Assembly (NCBI GenBank): GCA_963697335.1
Contig: CAVONQ010000002.1
Location: 1-64,000, forward strand
Reading direction: 5' to 3'
Source of the DNA: an uncultured cyanobacterium
Lineage (GTDB): Bacteria > Cyanobacteriota > Cyanobacteriia > PCC-6307 > Cyanobiaceae
Length of the DNA: 64,000 nt
Shown piece by piece: positions 31,022 to 41,600 of this stretch (position 1 is its first letter; the number at the start of each line of letters is the position of its first letter). A program made the position numbers and the translations under genes. The notes beneath the pieces are model-generated. The model saw nothing but the letters and a program-made list of their open reading frames with translations, made no database searches and was not told the origin of the DNA.

Positions 31022-31727
31022 AGGGCGGTTGGCTGCTGGTGAGCCCGAGCAGGTCGGCGGTCACCCGCACCTGTCCGTCGCAGCCGTCGCCGGCACCGAT
31101 GCCGATCACGGGGATGGCGAGGTTGAGGCTGAGCTCCGTGGCAACCTCCGCCGGCACATGCTCCACCACCAGGGCGAAGCAGCCGGCCTGCTCCAGGGCG
31201 CGGGCCTCGCCCCGCAGCCGTTCCCGGCTTGCGGCGTCGGTGGCCTGGCGCCGGTACCCCGTGCGATGCACCGACTGGGGCGTCAGCCCCACGTGGCCCA
31301 TCACGGGAATGCCGCTGCGCACCAGGCGGTCGATCACCGCCAGGGTTTCGGGTTCGGCTCCCTCCAGCTTCACCGCCGCCGCCGGACTCTCCTTCAGCAC
31401 CCGGCCGGCGGCCGCCACCGCGTCATCGGGGTGGCACTGGTAGCTGAGGAAGGGCAGATCGCAGATCAGCAGCGGTTCATGGCCCGTCGAGCAGGCGCTG
31501 GCCATGCCGCGGGCGCTGGCGCGGCAGTGATGCAGCATCTCGTCGAGGGTGACCGGCAGGGTGGTGGGGTGGCCCAGTACCACCATGGCGAGGGAATCGC
31601 CCACCAGCACCGCATCAGCCCCGGCCTCGGCCACGAGGGCACCGGAGAGGGCGTCCCAGGCGGTGAGCACGGTGATCGGCAGGCCGGCCTGCTTGCGACG
31701 GGCCAGATCGGCGGGGCGCAGGGGCAC
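30909..31727 (-). CDS. panB: 3-methyl-2-oxobutanoate hydroxymethyltransferase
   Basis: [35 protein letters not shown]. Confidence 0.96.
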   Translation of the reverse strand: MPLRPADLARRKQAGLPITVLTAWDALSGALVAEAGADAVLVGDSLAMVVLGHPTTLPVTLDEMLHHCRASARGMASACSTGHEPLLICDLPFLSYQCHPDDAVAAAGRVLKESPAAAVKLEGAEPETLAVIDRLVRSGIPVMGHVGLTPQSVHRTGYRRQATDAASRERLRGEARALEQAGCFALVVEHVPAEVATELSLNLAIPVIGIGAGDGCDGQVRVTADLLGLTSSQPPFSPPLLQGRSLALEALRQWLAAQSRPTTSTAPAAPHC

Positions 31728-31773
31728 GGGGCGCAGGGCAAGGGGGAGGGGGGCCCATTGCTAGCATCCGCTC

Positions 31774-31867
31774 GACTCGGACCCACGCGGCCCTGACGCC
31801 CAAACCTGGTCAGGACCGGAAGGCAGCAGCCACACGGGATGCTCAGGGCAGGCGTGGAATCCGGGTC
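31774..31867 (+). ncRNA. ffs: Signal recognition particle RNA (4.5S)
   Basis: Conserved GGTCAGGACCGGAAGGCAGCAGCC domain IV inside a long hairpin (GACTCGGACCCACGC...GCGTGGAATCCGGGTC). Confidence 0.95.
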
Positions 31868-31963
31868 ACCCCCTTCAGGGATGGAATAGCAGATCAAGCA
31901 TCAGCTGATTGCTGAGCGGGGTTGGACGCAGATTCCAGCTGGAGCTCCCAGTGACTGGGGCCC

Positions 31964-33187
31964 TCAGCTCTCGTGATGACCCGGCCGCGTCTGGCGGTGC
32001 AGCAGGAAGGGAGGAATCTTGGCGCCGCGCTGCTCTTCCGGGGAGGGACTGGGAGTGAATGGAGAGCTGGTGGCGAAGCTCACCGCAGGCCGCTCGGGGC
32101 GGTAGGTGGTGCCACCTTCGAAGCCGGTGGCGATCACCGTCACATGGATCTCACCCTCCAGCCGCTCGTCCACCACGGCGCCCACGATGATGTTGGCGTC
32201 GGGGTCGACCACGTCATAGATCACCTCCGAGGCCGTGGTCATGTCCTCCAGGGTCATGTCCTTGCCGCCGCTGATGTTGATCACGCAGCCCTTGGCGCCA
32301 TCGATGCGGGCCGACTCCAGCAGAGGGCTGCTCATGGCGGCCTGGGCCGCCTCGCTGGCACGGCTGCGACCCGAGCCCACGCCGATGCCGAGCAGGGCGG
32401 TGCCGGCATCGGCCATCACCGAGCGCACGTCGGCGAAGTCCACGTTCACCAGGCCGGGCTTGGTGATGATGTCGCTGATGCCCTTGACGCCCATGCGCAA
32501 CACGTCATCGGCGGCGCGGAAGGCCTCATTGAGGGGCGCGCCGGCGATCTCATCGCGCAGGCGGTCGTTGGGGATCACGATCAGGGTGTCCACATGCTCG
32601 GCCAGCCGGGCAATGCCCTCCTCGGCCTGGCGCATGCGCTTGCGACCCTCGAAGCCGAACGGCTTGGTGACGATGCCCACGGTGAGGGCCCCCACCTCCT
32701 TGGCCACCTCCGCCAGGATGGGGGCTGCGCCGGTGCCGGTGCCGCCGCCCATGCCAGCGGCGATGAAGATCAGATCAGCCCCCTGCAGCGACTCCTGCAG
32801 CTCAGCCCGGGATTCCTCCGCGGCCTTCTGGCCGATCACGGGATTGCCGCCGGCCCCCAGGCCCCGGGTGAGCTTCTGGCCCAGCTGGGTGCGCTTCTGG
32901 GCGGCCGACTGCAACAGGGCCTGGGCGTCAGTGTTGAGCACCCTGTAGCCCAGCCCGTGCAGGTCGGAGGCAATCATCCGGTTGACGGCGTTGCTGCCAC
33001 CTCCACCTACACCGATCACCTCGATCCGGGCCGTCTGGCTGGGAACAATGCCTGCGGCATGGGTCGAGCTATGGGTCATCGCGTCGCGGTTGGCGGAGGC
33101 ACCGTTGGCCGTTGCGCTGATCGACAGCGTAATCGAATCACCGGGTTGGATCGGCGGCACGGAATTGGGGCCGTCGTCTTGCGCCAT
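31964..33187 (-). CDS. ftsZ: Cell division protein FtsZ
   Basis: [31 protein letters not shown]. Start uncertain (33187 or 33079). Confidence 0.97.
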   Translation of the reverse strand: MAQDDGPNSVPPIQPGDSITLSISATANGASANRDAMTHSSTHAAGIVPSQTARIEVIGVGGGGSNAVNRMIASDLHGLGYRVLNTDAQALLQSAAQKRTQLGQKLTRGLGAGGNPVIGQKAAEESRAELQESLQGADLIFIAAGMGGGTGTGAAPILAEVAKEVGALTVGIVTKPFGFEGRKRMRQAEEGIARLAEHVDTLIVIPNDRLRDEIAGAPLNEAFRAADDVLRMGVKGISDIITKPGLVNVDFADVRSVMADAGTALLGIGVGSGRSRASEAAQAAMSSPLLESARIDGAKGCVINISGGKDMTLEDMTTASEVIYDVVDPDANIIVGAVVDERLEGEIHVTVIATGFEGGTTYRPERPAVSFATSSPFTPSPSPEEQRGAKIPPFLLHRQTRPGHHES

Positions 33188-33345
33188 GGGGCTGGTGTGC
33201 CGGTGAGCTGGGCGCATTATGTCCGCAAGTGGCCTACTTGAGTTTGTTCGATCGCGACCCTTTGCCCGTTTGCCCACGGATCCGGAGTGTCGGTTCCATG
33301 GGCAAAGACGGTTCGAGCCAGGCTTAAGGCCTGTTTAGGGCCCGT

Positions 33346-34161
33346 TTATGGGGAGGGGGGTTTGGGTTTCGGCACCTGCTGCAGAGCCAATTCGGGCTGT
33401 TCCGGATCGGTGAGGTCGAGGGTTTTGAGCGGCTTCCCCTTGAGCTGCGGTGGCAGGGTCTTGACGAGGTGGGCCAGCACGTCCAGGCGGCGGGGGAGCT
33501 GGGCATCGGCTGGGCCCAGGCGCACCAGGCCCAGGCTGGAGCTCCGCAGCCACAGGCCGCCCTCCGGCGCGAATCGGATCTCTGTCAGGTCGCTGCCCAG
33601 CCCGCCACGCCGTTCCAGAACCTCCACCAGTGCCGGGCGATGGCGCGGTTGCCAGCCGCTCACCAACAGGCCGGAAGCACCCTCCCCGGCCATCAGGGCG
33701 CCTTGGCGGCTGTTCATCCAGTGGCCGTAGCGATCCACGAAGCCGGCCTCACTGCCCTTGGGGGTGCGGCGTTGGGCGCGGGCCACGGCCTGGCGGTCGA
33801 TGAGGGTCACCTGCAGCCGCGGCGGTGCCATCAGCCGCGTCACCCGCACCTCCTCCACGGGCAGGGCCTCGGCGAGGGAGGAGGCGACCCGGCTGGGCTG
33901 GAGGTTGAGCAGGGGCTGGGGGAACGTCAGCCCCGCCGCCTGGATCACCTGCTCGGCGCCCACCTGCTTGCTGCCCAGCACCTCCACCTGCCGGGGGTCG
34001 CTGAGGGTCCAGCCCTGGCGCAGCAGCGTGTAGCCCAGGCCGCCGGCGAGGCCGAGCAGCACCAGCAGCCGCCAGCCGTTGCGCAACCGCTCCCGGCGGC
34101 GTTCCAGGCGCAATTGGCGCCTGCGCTCAGCTCCTGGGGGAAGGGGCCTGGACCGACTCAC
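33346..34161 (-). CDS. ftsQ: Cell division protein FtsQ/DivIB
   Basis: Basic N-tail, one TM helix, POTRA-like region, C-terminal DLTDPEQP; lies upstream of ftsZ. Confidence 0.85.
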   Translation of the reverse strand: MSRSRPLPPGAERRRQLRLERRRERLRNGWRLLVLLGLAGGLGYTLLRQGWTLSDPRQVEVLGSKQVGAEQVIQAAGLTFPQPLLNLQPSRVASSLAEALPVEEVRVTRLMAPPRLQVTLIDRQAVARAQRRTPKGSEAGFVDRYGHWMNSRQGALMAGEGASGLLVSGWQPRHRPALVEVLERRGGLGSDLTEIRFAPEGGLWLRSSSLGLVRLGPADAQLPRRLDVLAHLVKTLPPQLKGKPLKTLDLTDPEQPELALQQVPKPKPPSP

Positions 34162-34568
34162 AGCTCACAGCGGGAACTGGCCATCAGTTCATCCATCCAG
34201 CGCCGGGCCCGCTCAGCATCGGCGAAGGGGAGGTCATTCTGGGCGCCGCCCCCCACCAGGCGCAGCCTGCAGGCCCCCTGGGATTCCTCGGTGAGGGGCG
34301 CCTCGCCCGATCCGAGCGCCAGCAGTTCCACCAGCTCCAGTTGCTTGATGCTGAAGGAGCCCTGCTCCACCAGGGCACCGGCATGGAAGGTGCTCCAGCT
34401 CAGCACCCCGTCCACCAGCCTGGCGGCGCCGCAGCCGTCGAGCTTGGCCAGTTCGGAACCCTCGGCCCAGTCCCGGAACAGCTGTTGCCGCCGCCGCTCC
34501 AGCCAGCCCAGGGAGGTCAGTAGCACAAAGACGAGAAGCAGGGGCAGCCAGAGCAAGCCGTGAATCAT
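34158..34568 (-). CDS. Hypothetical protein with N-terminal TM
   Basis: Coupled (4-bp overlaps) between ddl and ftsQ. Confidence 0.75.
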   Translation of the reverse strand: MIHGLLWLPLLLVFVLLTSLGWLERRRQQLFRDWAEGSELAKLDGCGAARLVDGVLSWSTFHAGALVEQGSFSIKQLELVELLALGSGEAPLTEESQGACRLRLVGGGAQNDLPFADAERARRWMDELMASSRCEL

Positions 34569-35698
34569 GGGGAGACTCCTTCGAAGCGTCCTGGGGCTGG
34601 GTTAGCAGGTGTAGGCCACTCCAGGGCGGCCTGAATCAGTTCATCCACCAGGGTGTCCAGATCTACGCCCGTGGCCTGCCAAAGCATCGGATACATGCTG
34701 AGGCTGGTGAAGCCCGGCAGGGTGTTGATTTCATTGAGCCAGAGGCAGCCGCTCTCCGCTTCGCCCTCGGTGTAGAAGAAATCGACCCGGGCCAGGCCCG
34801 AGGCGTTCAGGGCCTCGCAGGCCTGCACGGCCATGCTGCGGGCCCGCTCCGCCACCGCTTCGGGCACCGGCGCCGGGATCAGGGTGTGGCTCCTGCCATC
34901 GCTGTACTTGGTCTCGTAGTCGTACCAGTCGGCGTCGAAGCGGATTTCGCCCAGCACCGAGGCGCTGTAGGGCCTGGGGCCGCCGCCCCGTATGGCGCAC
35001 TCCAGCTCCCGGGCCGTGATGCCCTGCTCCACCACCACCCGGGGATCGAGGCCGGCGGCGCTGCGCAGGCCCGCCAGAAGGGAGGGTCGATCCCTGGCCT
35101 TGCTGATGCCTACGGAGGATCCCAGGTTGGCGGGCTTCACGAAGCAGGGGTAGCTGAGCAGGGCCTCCAGCCGATCCAGCACGGCCTCGGCATCGGCCTG
35201 GAGCTCGGCGGCGGTCACCGCGGCATAGGGGACCTGGGGTAGGCCTGATGCGGCAAAGGCGGCCTTCATGGCCAGCTTGTCCATGCCCACGGCCGAACCG
35301 AGCACCCCGGAGCCCACGAACGGCACCTGCATCAGGGCGAACAAGCCCTGGATCGTGCCGTCCTCGCCATTGGGGCCGTGCAGCACCGGGAACCACACCT
35401 CCACCGCCAGGGCTGCATCGGGAAAGCCCTGGAAGCCGGGGCGCTCCGCCCCGGGGGCGAGCTGGGCTGCGTTGGCAGGAGTTCCCTGGGCCAGCACCCG
35501 GTCGGCCAGCTCCGGACCCCACCAGCGGCCGCGCTGATCGATGTAGAAGCAGCTCAGGGCGTAGCGGGCCGCATTGGCTGGAGCCCGCAGGGCGGCGGCC
35601 ACCGTGGCGGCCGAGCGGATGGCGATGGCGTGCTCCCCGGAAGCTCCGCCGAAGATCAGGCCCACGTGGATCCGGCCTTGGCTTGGGGCAGGGGTCAT
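34565..35698 (-). CDS. ddl: D-alanine--D-alanine ligase
   Basis: [41 protein letters not shown]. Confidence 0.96.
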   Translation of the reverse strand: MTPAPSQGRIHVGLIFGGASGEHAIAIRSAATVAAALRAPANAARYALSCFYIDQRGRWWGPELADRVLAQGTPANAAQLAPGAERPGFQGFPDAALAVEVWFPVLHGPNGEDGTIQGLFALMQVPFVGSGVLGSAVGMDKLAMKAAFAASGLPQVPYAAVTAAELQADAEAVLDRLEALLSYPCFVKPANLGSSVGISKARDRPSLLAGLRSAAGLDPRVVVEQGITARELECAIRGGGPRPYSASVLGEIRFDADWYDYETKYSDGRSHTLIPAPVPEAVAERARSMAVQACEALNASGLARVDFFYTEGEAESGCLWLNEINTLPGFTSLSMYPMLWQATGVDLDTLVDELIQAALEWPTPANPAPGRFEGVSP

Positions 35699-35727
35699 CG
35701 CGGCGGGCAGCCATCCCAGGCTGGAAC

Positions 35728-37170
35728 TCAGGCCAGTGTGCCGCTCAGCGAGAAGGCACGCACCTCCTCGATGCGCACGTTCACCAGATTGCCGGCCTGA
35801 ACGGCCGGAGCGCCTGAGCCAGGGCCGGCGCCGGCCCGCTGATCAGCGCTGAAGAACGTGAGCCGGTTGGTGCGGGTGCGGCCCATCCACTGGCTGGCCT
35901 GGCGGGGGTTGGGGCCCTCCACCAGCACCTGCTCGAGGCGGTTCTGGTAGCGGGCGCTGCGCAGCCGTGCTGTGCGCTCCACCAGGGCATTGAGCTCCTG
36001 CAGGCGCTCCACCTTGACGGCCTCGCTGAGCTGGTCAGGCCAGTCTGCGGCTGGGGTGTTGGGCCGTGGCGAGTAGGCGGCGGTGTTCACCTGATCGAAG
36101 CCGATCTCCTCGATCAGGGCCAGGGTTCGGCGGAACTGGGCGTCGGTTTCGCCGGGAAACGCCACGATCACATCGGCGCTGATCGCCGCATCGGGCATGC
36201 GCTCACGGATGCGGGCCAGGATGCGGCGGTAGCGCTCCACGGTGTAGCCCCGGGCCATTGCCTTCAGCACGGCGTCATCGCCGCTCTGGAAGGGAATATG
36301 GAAATGCTCACACACCTTCGGCAGGGCGGCGCAGGCGTCGATCAGCCGCTCGGTGAAGTAGCGGGGGTGGCTGGTGGCAAAGCGGATCCGCTCCAGGCCC
36401 TCCACGTCGTGCACGTGGTGCAGCAGGTCGGTGAGGGTGTGGCGGCGGCGCCCTTCGGGCGTGATGCCAGGCAGGTCGCGGCCATAGGCATCGATGTTCT
36501 GCCCCAGCAGGGTGATCTCGCGGAAGCCCCGGGCCGCCAGCCCCTCCATCTCCAGGCGGATGGCCTCGGGCAGACGGCTCTGCTCCACACCCCGCACCGA
36601 TGGCACCACGCAGTAGGTGCAGCGCTCGTTGCAGCCGTAGATCACATTCACCCAGGCGCACACAGCGCTGTCGCGGCGGGCGGTGGTGATGTCCTCGAGG
36701 ATGTGGTGCTCGCCGGTGGCCACCACCTGCTGGCCCTGCTCCACCTGGGCCAGCAGGGTGTCGAGGCGGTTGGCGTGCTGGGGGCCCATCACCAGATCGA
36801 GCTCCGGCACGCGCCGCAGCAGCGCCTCGCCCTCCTGCTGGGCCACGCAGCCGGCCACCACCAGGGTGAGGTGGGGGTTGAGGCGCTTGCGCTGGGCCTG
36901 GCGACCCAGGTAGCTGTACACCTTCTGTTCGGCGTTGTCGCGGATGGTGCAGGTGTTGTAGAGCACCAGATCGGCGCTGAGCTCGGCGCTGGCCTGGCGA
37001 TAGCCCATCGTCTCCAGGATCCCGGCCATGCGTTCGGAATCCGCCTTGTTCATCTGGCAGCCGAAGGTGGTGATCCAGTAGCTGCCCCGCCCCGGCAGCG
37101 GGGCGCTCGGCGCAGGGGGGGCTGCCAGTTGGCGGGAGTGGGTTGCCGTCATCACGCCATTTTCCCGCAT
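35728..37170 (-). CDS. miaB: tRNA ms2i6A37 methylthiotransferase
   Basis: [31 protein letters not shown]-terminal TRAM domain. Confidence 0.96.
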   Translation of the reverse strand: MRENGVMTATHSRQLAAPPAPSAPLPGRGSYWITTFGCQMNKADSERMAGILETMGYRQASAELSADLVLYNTCTIRDNAEQKVYSYLGRQAQRKRLNPHLTLVVAGCVAQQEGEALLRRVPELDLVMGPQHANRLDTLLAQVEQGQQVVATGEHHILEDITTARRDSAVCAWVNVIYGCNERCTYCVVPSVRGVEQSRLPEAIRLEMEGLAARGFREITLLGQNIDAYGRDLPGITPEGRRRHTLTDLLHHVHDVEGLERIRFATSHPRYFTERLIDACAALPKVCEHFHIPFQSGDDAVLKAMARGYTVERYRRILARIRERMPDAAISADVIVAFPGETDAQFRRTLALIEEIGFDQVNTAAYSPRPNTPAADWPDQLSEAVKVERLQELNALVERTARLRSARYQNRLEQVLVEGPNPRQASQWMGRTRTNRLTFFSADQRAGAGPGSGAPAVQAGNLVNVRIEEVRAFSLSGTLA

Positions 37171-37188
37171 GGCGGCTGGGGGCCGGCC

Positions 37189-39033
37189 TCAGCCCTCCTC
37201 CAGCAGCACCAGCTCCTGGTTGGTGCGGGCCAGCTTGCAGGCCAGCTCGCCATGCAGCAACCGCATCAGCTGGATCAGCACGGCGGGATGCTGCCGCTCC
37301 AGCTGCTCGAGGCCCTCGCGGCCCAACACCAGGCAGCTGCCCGGCGCTTCGGCCAGCACATCGGCGCTGCCCTCGCCGCTGCCCAGGAAGGCCACCTCGC
37401 CGAACCAGCAGCCGGCGCCGAAGCTGGCGAGGCGGCCCTGGCGCCCTTGGGAGCCCTCGGCGTTCAGCACGCTGAAGCGGCCCGATTCGATCAGAAACAG
37501 ATCGCTGCCCGGGCTGCCGCCCCGGCAGGCCAGCTCTCCGGCCTGGAACCGCCGCCGCTGCAGCAGGGGCTCGAGCACGCGGCGGCTGGCTTCCGGCAGG
37601 CGCTCCAGCAGTCCAGGACGCTGCTGCGGGGGCAGGAGGGCTTCAGGGGCGGGCCGTTCCGCCAGCAGCAGCTCCTCGGCATGCTCCAACGCCTCATCCA
37701 GGCAGGAAAAGGTCCTCAGCCAGGGGGGTGGGGTCGGCTCGCCGACACCGGTGGGCAACAGCGCTGCGCCATGTCTGCCCAGGCAGAGCAGCACGGTGGT
37801 GGGCCTGGAGCCAAGGCTGCCGAGTTGCTGCCGCATCAGCCTGGCGCCCACGGGGGGCAGGCTGGTGACCCGGCCCAGGTCGAGCACCAGCACCGATCCC
37901 GCCGTGCACTTGCGGTCGATCTCCGCCAGCAGCTCCTCGCTGGCCGCGAAATCGAGCCCCCCCTGCACCTCCAGCAGCTTCAGCCGGGCCCCCTGGCGAT
38001 CGAGCCAATCGCGCTCCCCCTGGTGGCGCCAGCGGCGCGAATGGCGCCGGCAGCCGTCGCTGCTGGTGCGCAGGCAGCGCCCCGCCGGGGCGGGCTGGTT
38101 GAACAGGTGCAGATCCAGCTGCCGGGACAACCACTCGCACACCGCAATGCCCCGAACGGAGTTGCCCAGGCTGTCCAGGGGCGGGGAGTACACCGCCAGG
38201 CCAAGACGGCCGGGCACCACGGCCAGCAGGCCGCCGGCCACGCCGCTCTTGGCCGGCATGCCCACATCGTGCAGCCACTGGCCGGCGTAGTCGTACATGC
38301 CGCAGCTGCCCATCACGGCCAGCACGTTGGTGGTGGTCTGCGGCTCGATCACGCTGACGCCGGTGCGGGGATGGCGGCCCTGGCAGGCGAGGGTGGCGGC
38401 CATGCTGGCCAGATCGAGGCAGGTGACCGACACGGCGCACTGCCGGAAATAGAGCTGCAGGCTCGGCTCGGGGTCGGTGTTGATGATCCCGAACTGGCGC
38501 AGCAGATGGCCGATGGCACGGTTGCGGTGGCCGCTGTCCCGCTCGGAGCGGAACACGGCCTCATCCACCGCCAGGGGCCGGCCGGCCAGGCTCGAATAGA
38601 AATCGAGCAGCAGGGCCTCGGCCCGGTCGGAGGCCTGGGCCATCACCTGGGCCGTGGTGGCGATCGCGCCGGCATTGATCATCGGGTTGCGCGGCCGGCC
38701 CGACCCCCCGTCCAGGCTGATGGCGTTGAAGGCATCCCCCGAGGGCTCCACTCCCACCGTCTGCAGCAGCTGCTCCGCCGGCAGCAGCTTCAGGGCCAGG
38801 GCATAGGTGAACGGCTTGGAGATGGACTGAATCGTGAAGCACTCAGCGGCGTCTCCGACGCTGTACACATGCCCGTTGGTGGTGGCCAGGGCAATGCCGA
38901 AGTGGTCGGGGTTGGCCTTGGCCAGCTCCGGGATGTAGCGGGCCGGCTGGCCATCGCTCAGGCCTGAGAAGCGGGCGTGCGCCTCCTCAAGAATCTCCTG
39001 GATCGCCGTGGCGTTGACGCTGGACGGGGCCAT
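37189..39033 (-). CDS. glsA: Glutaminase with C-terminal STAS-like and cNMP-binding domains
   Basis: YIPELA, FTIQSISKPF (SxxK), NPMINAGA, GMYDYAG, PAKSGVAGG; then LEVQGGLDFA (STAS-like) and FLIESG...FGEVAFL (cNMP). Confidence 0.9.
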   Translation of the reverse strand: MAPSSVNATAIQEILEEAHARFSGLSDGQPARYIPELAKANPDHFGIALATTNGHVYSVGDAAECFTIQSISKPFTYALALKLLPAEQLLQTVGVEPSGDAFNAISLDGGSGRPRNPMINAGAIATTAQVMAQASDRAEALLLDFYSSLAGRPLAVDEAVFRSERDSGHRNRAIGHLLRQFGIINTDPEPSLQLYFRQCAVSVTCLDLASMAATLACQGRHPRTGVSVIEPQTTTNVLAVMGSCGMYDYAGQWLHDVGMPAKSGVAGGLLAVVPGRLGLAVYSPPLDSLGNSVRGIAVCEWLSRQLDLHLFNQPAPAGRCLRTSSDGCRRHSRRWRHQGERDWLDRQGARLKLLEVQGGLDFAASEELLAEIDRKCTAGSVLVLDLGRVTSLPPVGARLMRQQLGSLGSRPTTVLLCLGRHGAALLPTGVGEPTPPPWLRTFSCLDEALEHAEELLLAERPAPEALLPPQQRPGLLERLPEASRRVLEPLLQRRRFQAGELACRGGSPGSDLFLIESGRFSVLNAEGSQGRQGRLASFGAGCWFGEVAFLGSGEGSADVLAEAPGSCLVLGREGLEQLERQHPAVLIQLMRLLHGELACKLARTNQELVLLEEG

Positions 39034-39052
39034 CGCGAGGCTGCGGGGGGCG

Positions 39053-39090
39053 GGCCGATGCCGGGGCCGATCCCGGGGCCGGCATCGGCC
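39053..39090. repeat. 12-bp direct plus inverted repeat in the divergent intergenic region
   Basis: GGCCGATGCCGG (39053-64), GGCCGATCCCGG (39065-76), CCGGCATCGGCC (39079-90). Confidence 0.7.
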
Positions 39091-39190
39091 AGAAGTCTGG
39101 AGTGCGGCCCGGCTGACCCCCATGGACATCGGCTCGCCCAGCCCCGTGCCAGCGTGGCCTCCACGCTGCACCCGTCAGGGCTCCAAGCTG

Positions 39191-41375
39191 ATGCGCTGCC
39201 GCCTGCGCCCGTTCCCCCTCACCAAGGCTGTGCCCCTGGCGATCAGCCGCGGCAGCACCAGCGCGGTGGAGCATCTCCTGGTGGAGGTGAGCCACGAGGG
39301 CCTCACGGGCCTGGGCGAGACCGGTGGTTTCGATACGGGCCATCGCCACTACAGCACCGAGGCCATCGCCGCTGAACTGGAGGCCCTGGCCCCGCGCCTG
39401 CAGGGGGCCTCACCCCTGGTGCCCCAGAGCCTGGAGCCATGGCTGGCCCAGCTCTCGCCCCCCGCCCGCTGCGGCCTCGACCTGGCCTTGCACGACTGGC
39501 GGGGCAAGTGCTTCGGCCAGCCCCTCTGGCGGCTCTGGGGCCTGGATCCAGGCGCCTGTGTCGCCACCAGCGTCACCCTGGGGCTCGGCACGCCCGCGGC
39601 GGTGCTGGCGCGGCTCGAGCGCTGGTGGCAGCAGCTGCCCGCCACCCGCATCAAGCTCAAGCTGGGCAGCCCGGAGGGCCTCGACCACGATCGCGCCCTG
39701 CTCCAGGCGGTGGCGGAGGCCCTGGAGCGCAAACGGCAGCAGGGCTGGCCCAGCCTGTGAACTGCAGGTGGATGCGAACGGGGGCTGGAGCCTGGAGGAC
39801 GCCCTTTGCATGCTGCCCGAGCTCCAGGCCCATGGGGTGGTGCTGCTGGAGCAGCCGCTGGAGCCGCAGCTGGATCGGCAGCGCGACACGGCCGGCTTTG
39901 CGGCCCTGCATCCCCACTGCCCCCTGCCCCTGGTGGCCGACGAGAGCTGCTGGAACCTGGAGGATCTGCTGCGGCTGGCCCCCCACACCGATGGGGTCAA
40001 CATCAAGCTGCTCAAGAGCGGTGGGCTCACCCAGGCCCTGCTGATGGCGGAGACGGCGCGGCAGCTGGGCCTGGGGGTGATGCTCGGCTGCTACTCCGAC
40101 GGCGCCCTGCTCAATGGCGCCGCGGCCCAGCTGCTGCCGCTGGTGCGCTGGCCGGATCTCGACAGCCACCTCAACCTGGTGGACGACCCCTTCACGGGCC
40201 TGGACTGCCTGGGCGACCAGCTGGTGCTGCCCAGCGGCCCCGGGCTGGGCATCGACGTGCCGGCGGCCTGGTCGGCGCCGCAGCCCGCCCCCACCACCCT
40301 GCAGCCCCAGGATCCGGTGGTGCTGCTGCTGCATGAGGGCCTCGACAACCTCTCCGGCAAGACCGGATTGGCAATGCTGCGCTATCGGCCCGGGCCGCTG
40401 CTGGCCGTGGTGGATCCTGCCCATGCCGGCCGATCCCTGAAGGAGGTGACCGGCATCGATCGCGCTGTGCCGGTGCTGGAGAGCGTGGCGGCGGCCCTGC
40501 CCCTGGGGCCTGCGGTGGCGGTGGTGGGGCTGGCACCCTCCGGGGGGCAGCTGCCGCCGGCGCTGCGGGCCGACCTGGCCACGGCCCTGGGGGCGGGCTG
40601 GTCGGTGGCGAGCGGGCTGCACAGCCGCATCGGCGCTGATCCAGGGCTGGCGGCCCTGCGGGCCCCCGGGGCCTGGATCTGGGATCTGCGCCAGGAGCCA
40701 CCCGGGCTGGTGGTGGCGGCCGGCAGGGCGGCGGCTTTGCCCTGCCGGCGCCTGCTGGCCGTGGGCAGCGACATGGCCGTGGGCAAGATGAGCGCCTGCC
40801 TGGAGTTACTGGCGGAAGCGCGGCGGCGCGGCCGGGAGGCGCGCTTCGTGGGCACCGGCCAGGCCGGCATCCTGATCGCCGGCTGCGGCGTGCCCCTGGA
40901 CGCCGTGCGGGTCGACTACGCCGCCGGTGCCGTGGAGGCCGCCGTGCTCGAGGCGGGCGCTGGCCTGGGCCCGCACGGCCTGCTGCTGGTGGAGGGTCAG
41001 GGCTCCCTCTGCCACCCGGGCTCCACCGCCACCTTGGCCCTGCTGCGGGGCAGCCAGCCCACCGAGTTGCTGCTGGTGCACCGGGCCGGCCAGCACCACA
41101 TCAAGGGTCTTCCCCACCTGGCGATCCCACCGCTGGGGGAGCTGATCGCTGTGGTGGAGGGCCTGGCGGCCCTGGGCCGCGGCGATGGCCTGCGGCCCAG
41201 GGTGCGGGCGGTGGCCCTCAACACCGCGCAGCTGTCGGAGCAGGAGGCCGTTGAGGCCACAGCCCGCACGGCGGAGCAGCTGGGGCTCCCCTGCGCCGAT
41301 CCCGTGCGCCACGGCGCCGGGATGCTTCTGGAGGCCCTGGATGGGTCAGCCGGGGCTGATCTCCTGGCCTCCTGA
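39191..41375 (+). CDS. Dipeptide-epimerase (enolase superfamily)-DUF1611 fusion, apparent +1 frameshift at about 39742-39757
   Basis: KLK in the first frame; DANG, EQP, ADES, NIKLLK and DLD in the second frame, which runs without a stop into SGKTG, GSDMAVGKM, GTGQAGI, EGQGSL (DUF1611). Confidence 0.82.
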
Positions 41376-41399
41376 TGGACCCCTGAGTGGGGCTGGAAG

Positions 41400-41473
41400 G
41401 GCGAGCGAGGGGATTCGAACCCCCGAATAGCGGCGCCACAAGCCGCTGCCTTAACCACTTGGCGACGCCCGCC
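41400..41473 (-). tRNA. tRNA-His(GTG)
   Basis: G-1 plus GCGGGCG acceptor, anticodon arm GCGGC-TTGTGGC-GCCGC, GTTCGAATC, C discriminator. Confidence 0.97.
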
Positions 41474-41600
41474 ATGGCGACGCCAATGTACCAAGTCGTG
41501 GGCTGGCCTCCGGGGCTGGCCAGGGGCTCCCGCACGGCGAGGAACCCCTCCTCCTGATGCCAGGCTGGCAGCACTCTCAGCCGCCTCCGCCCTGCCTGAC

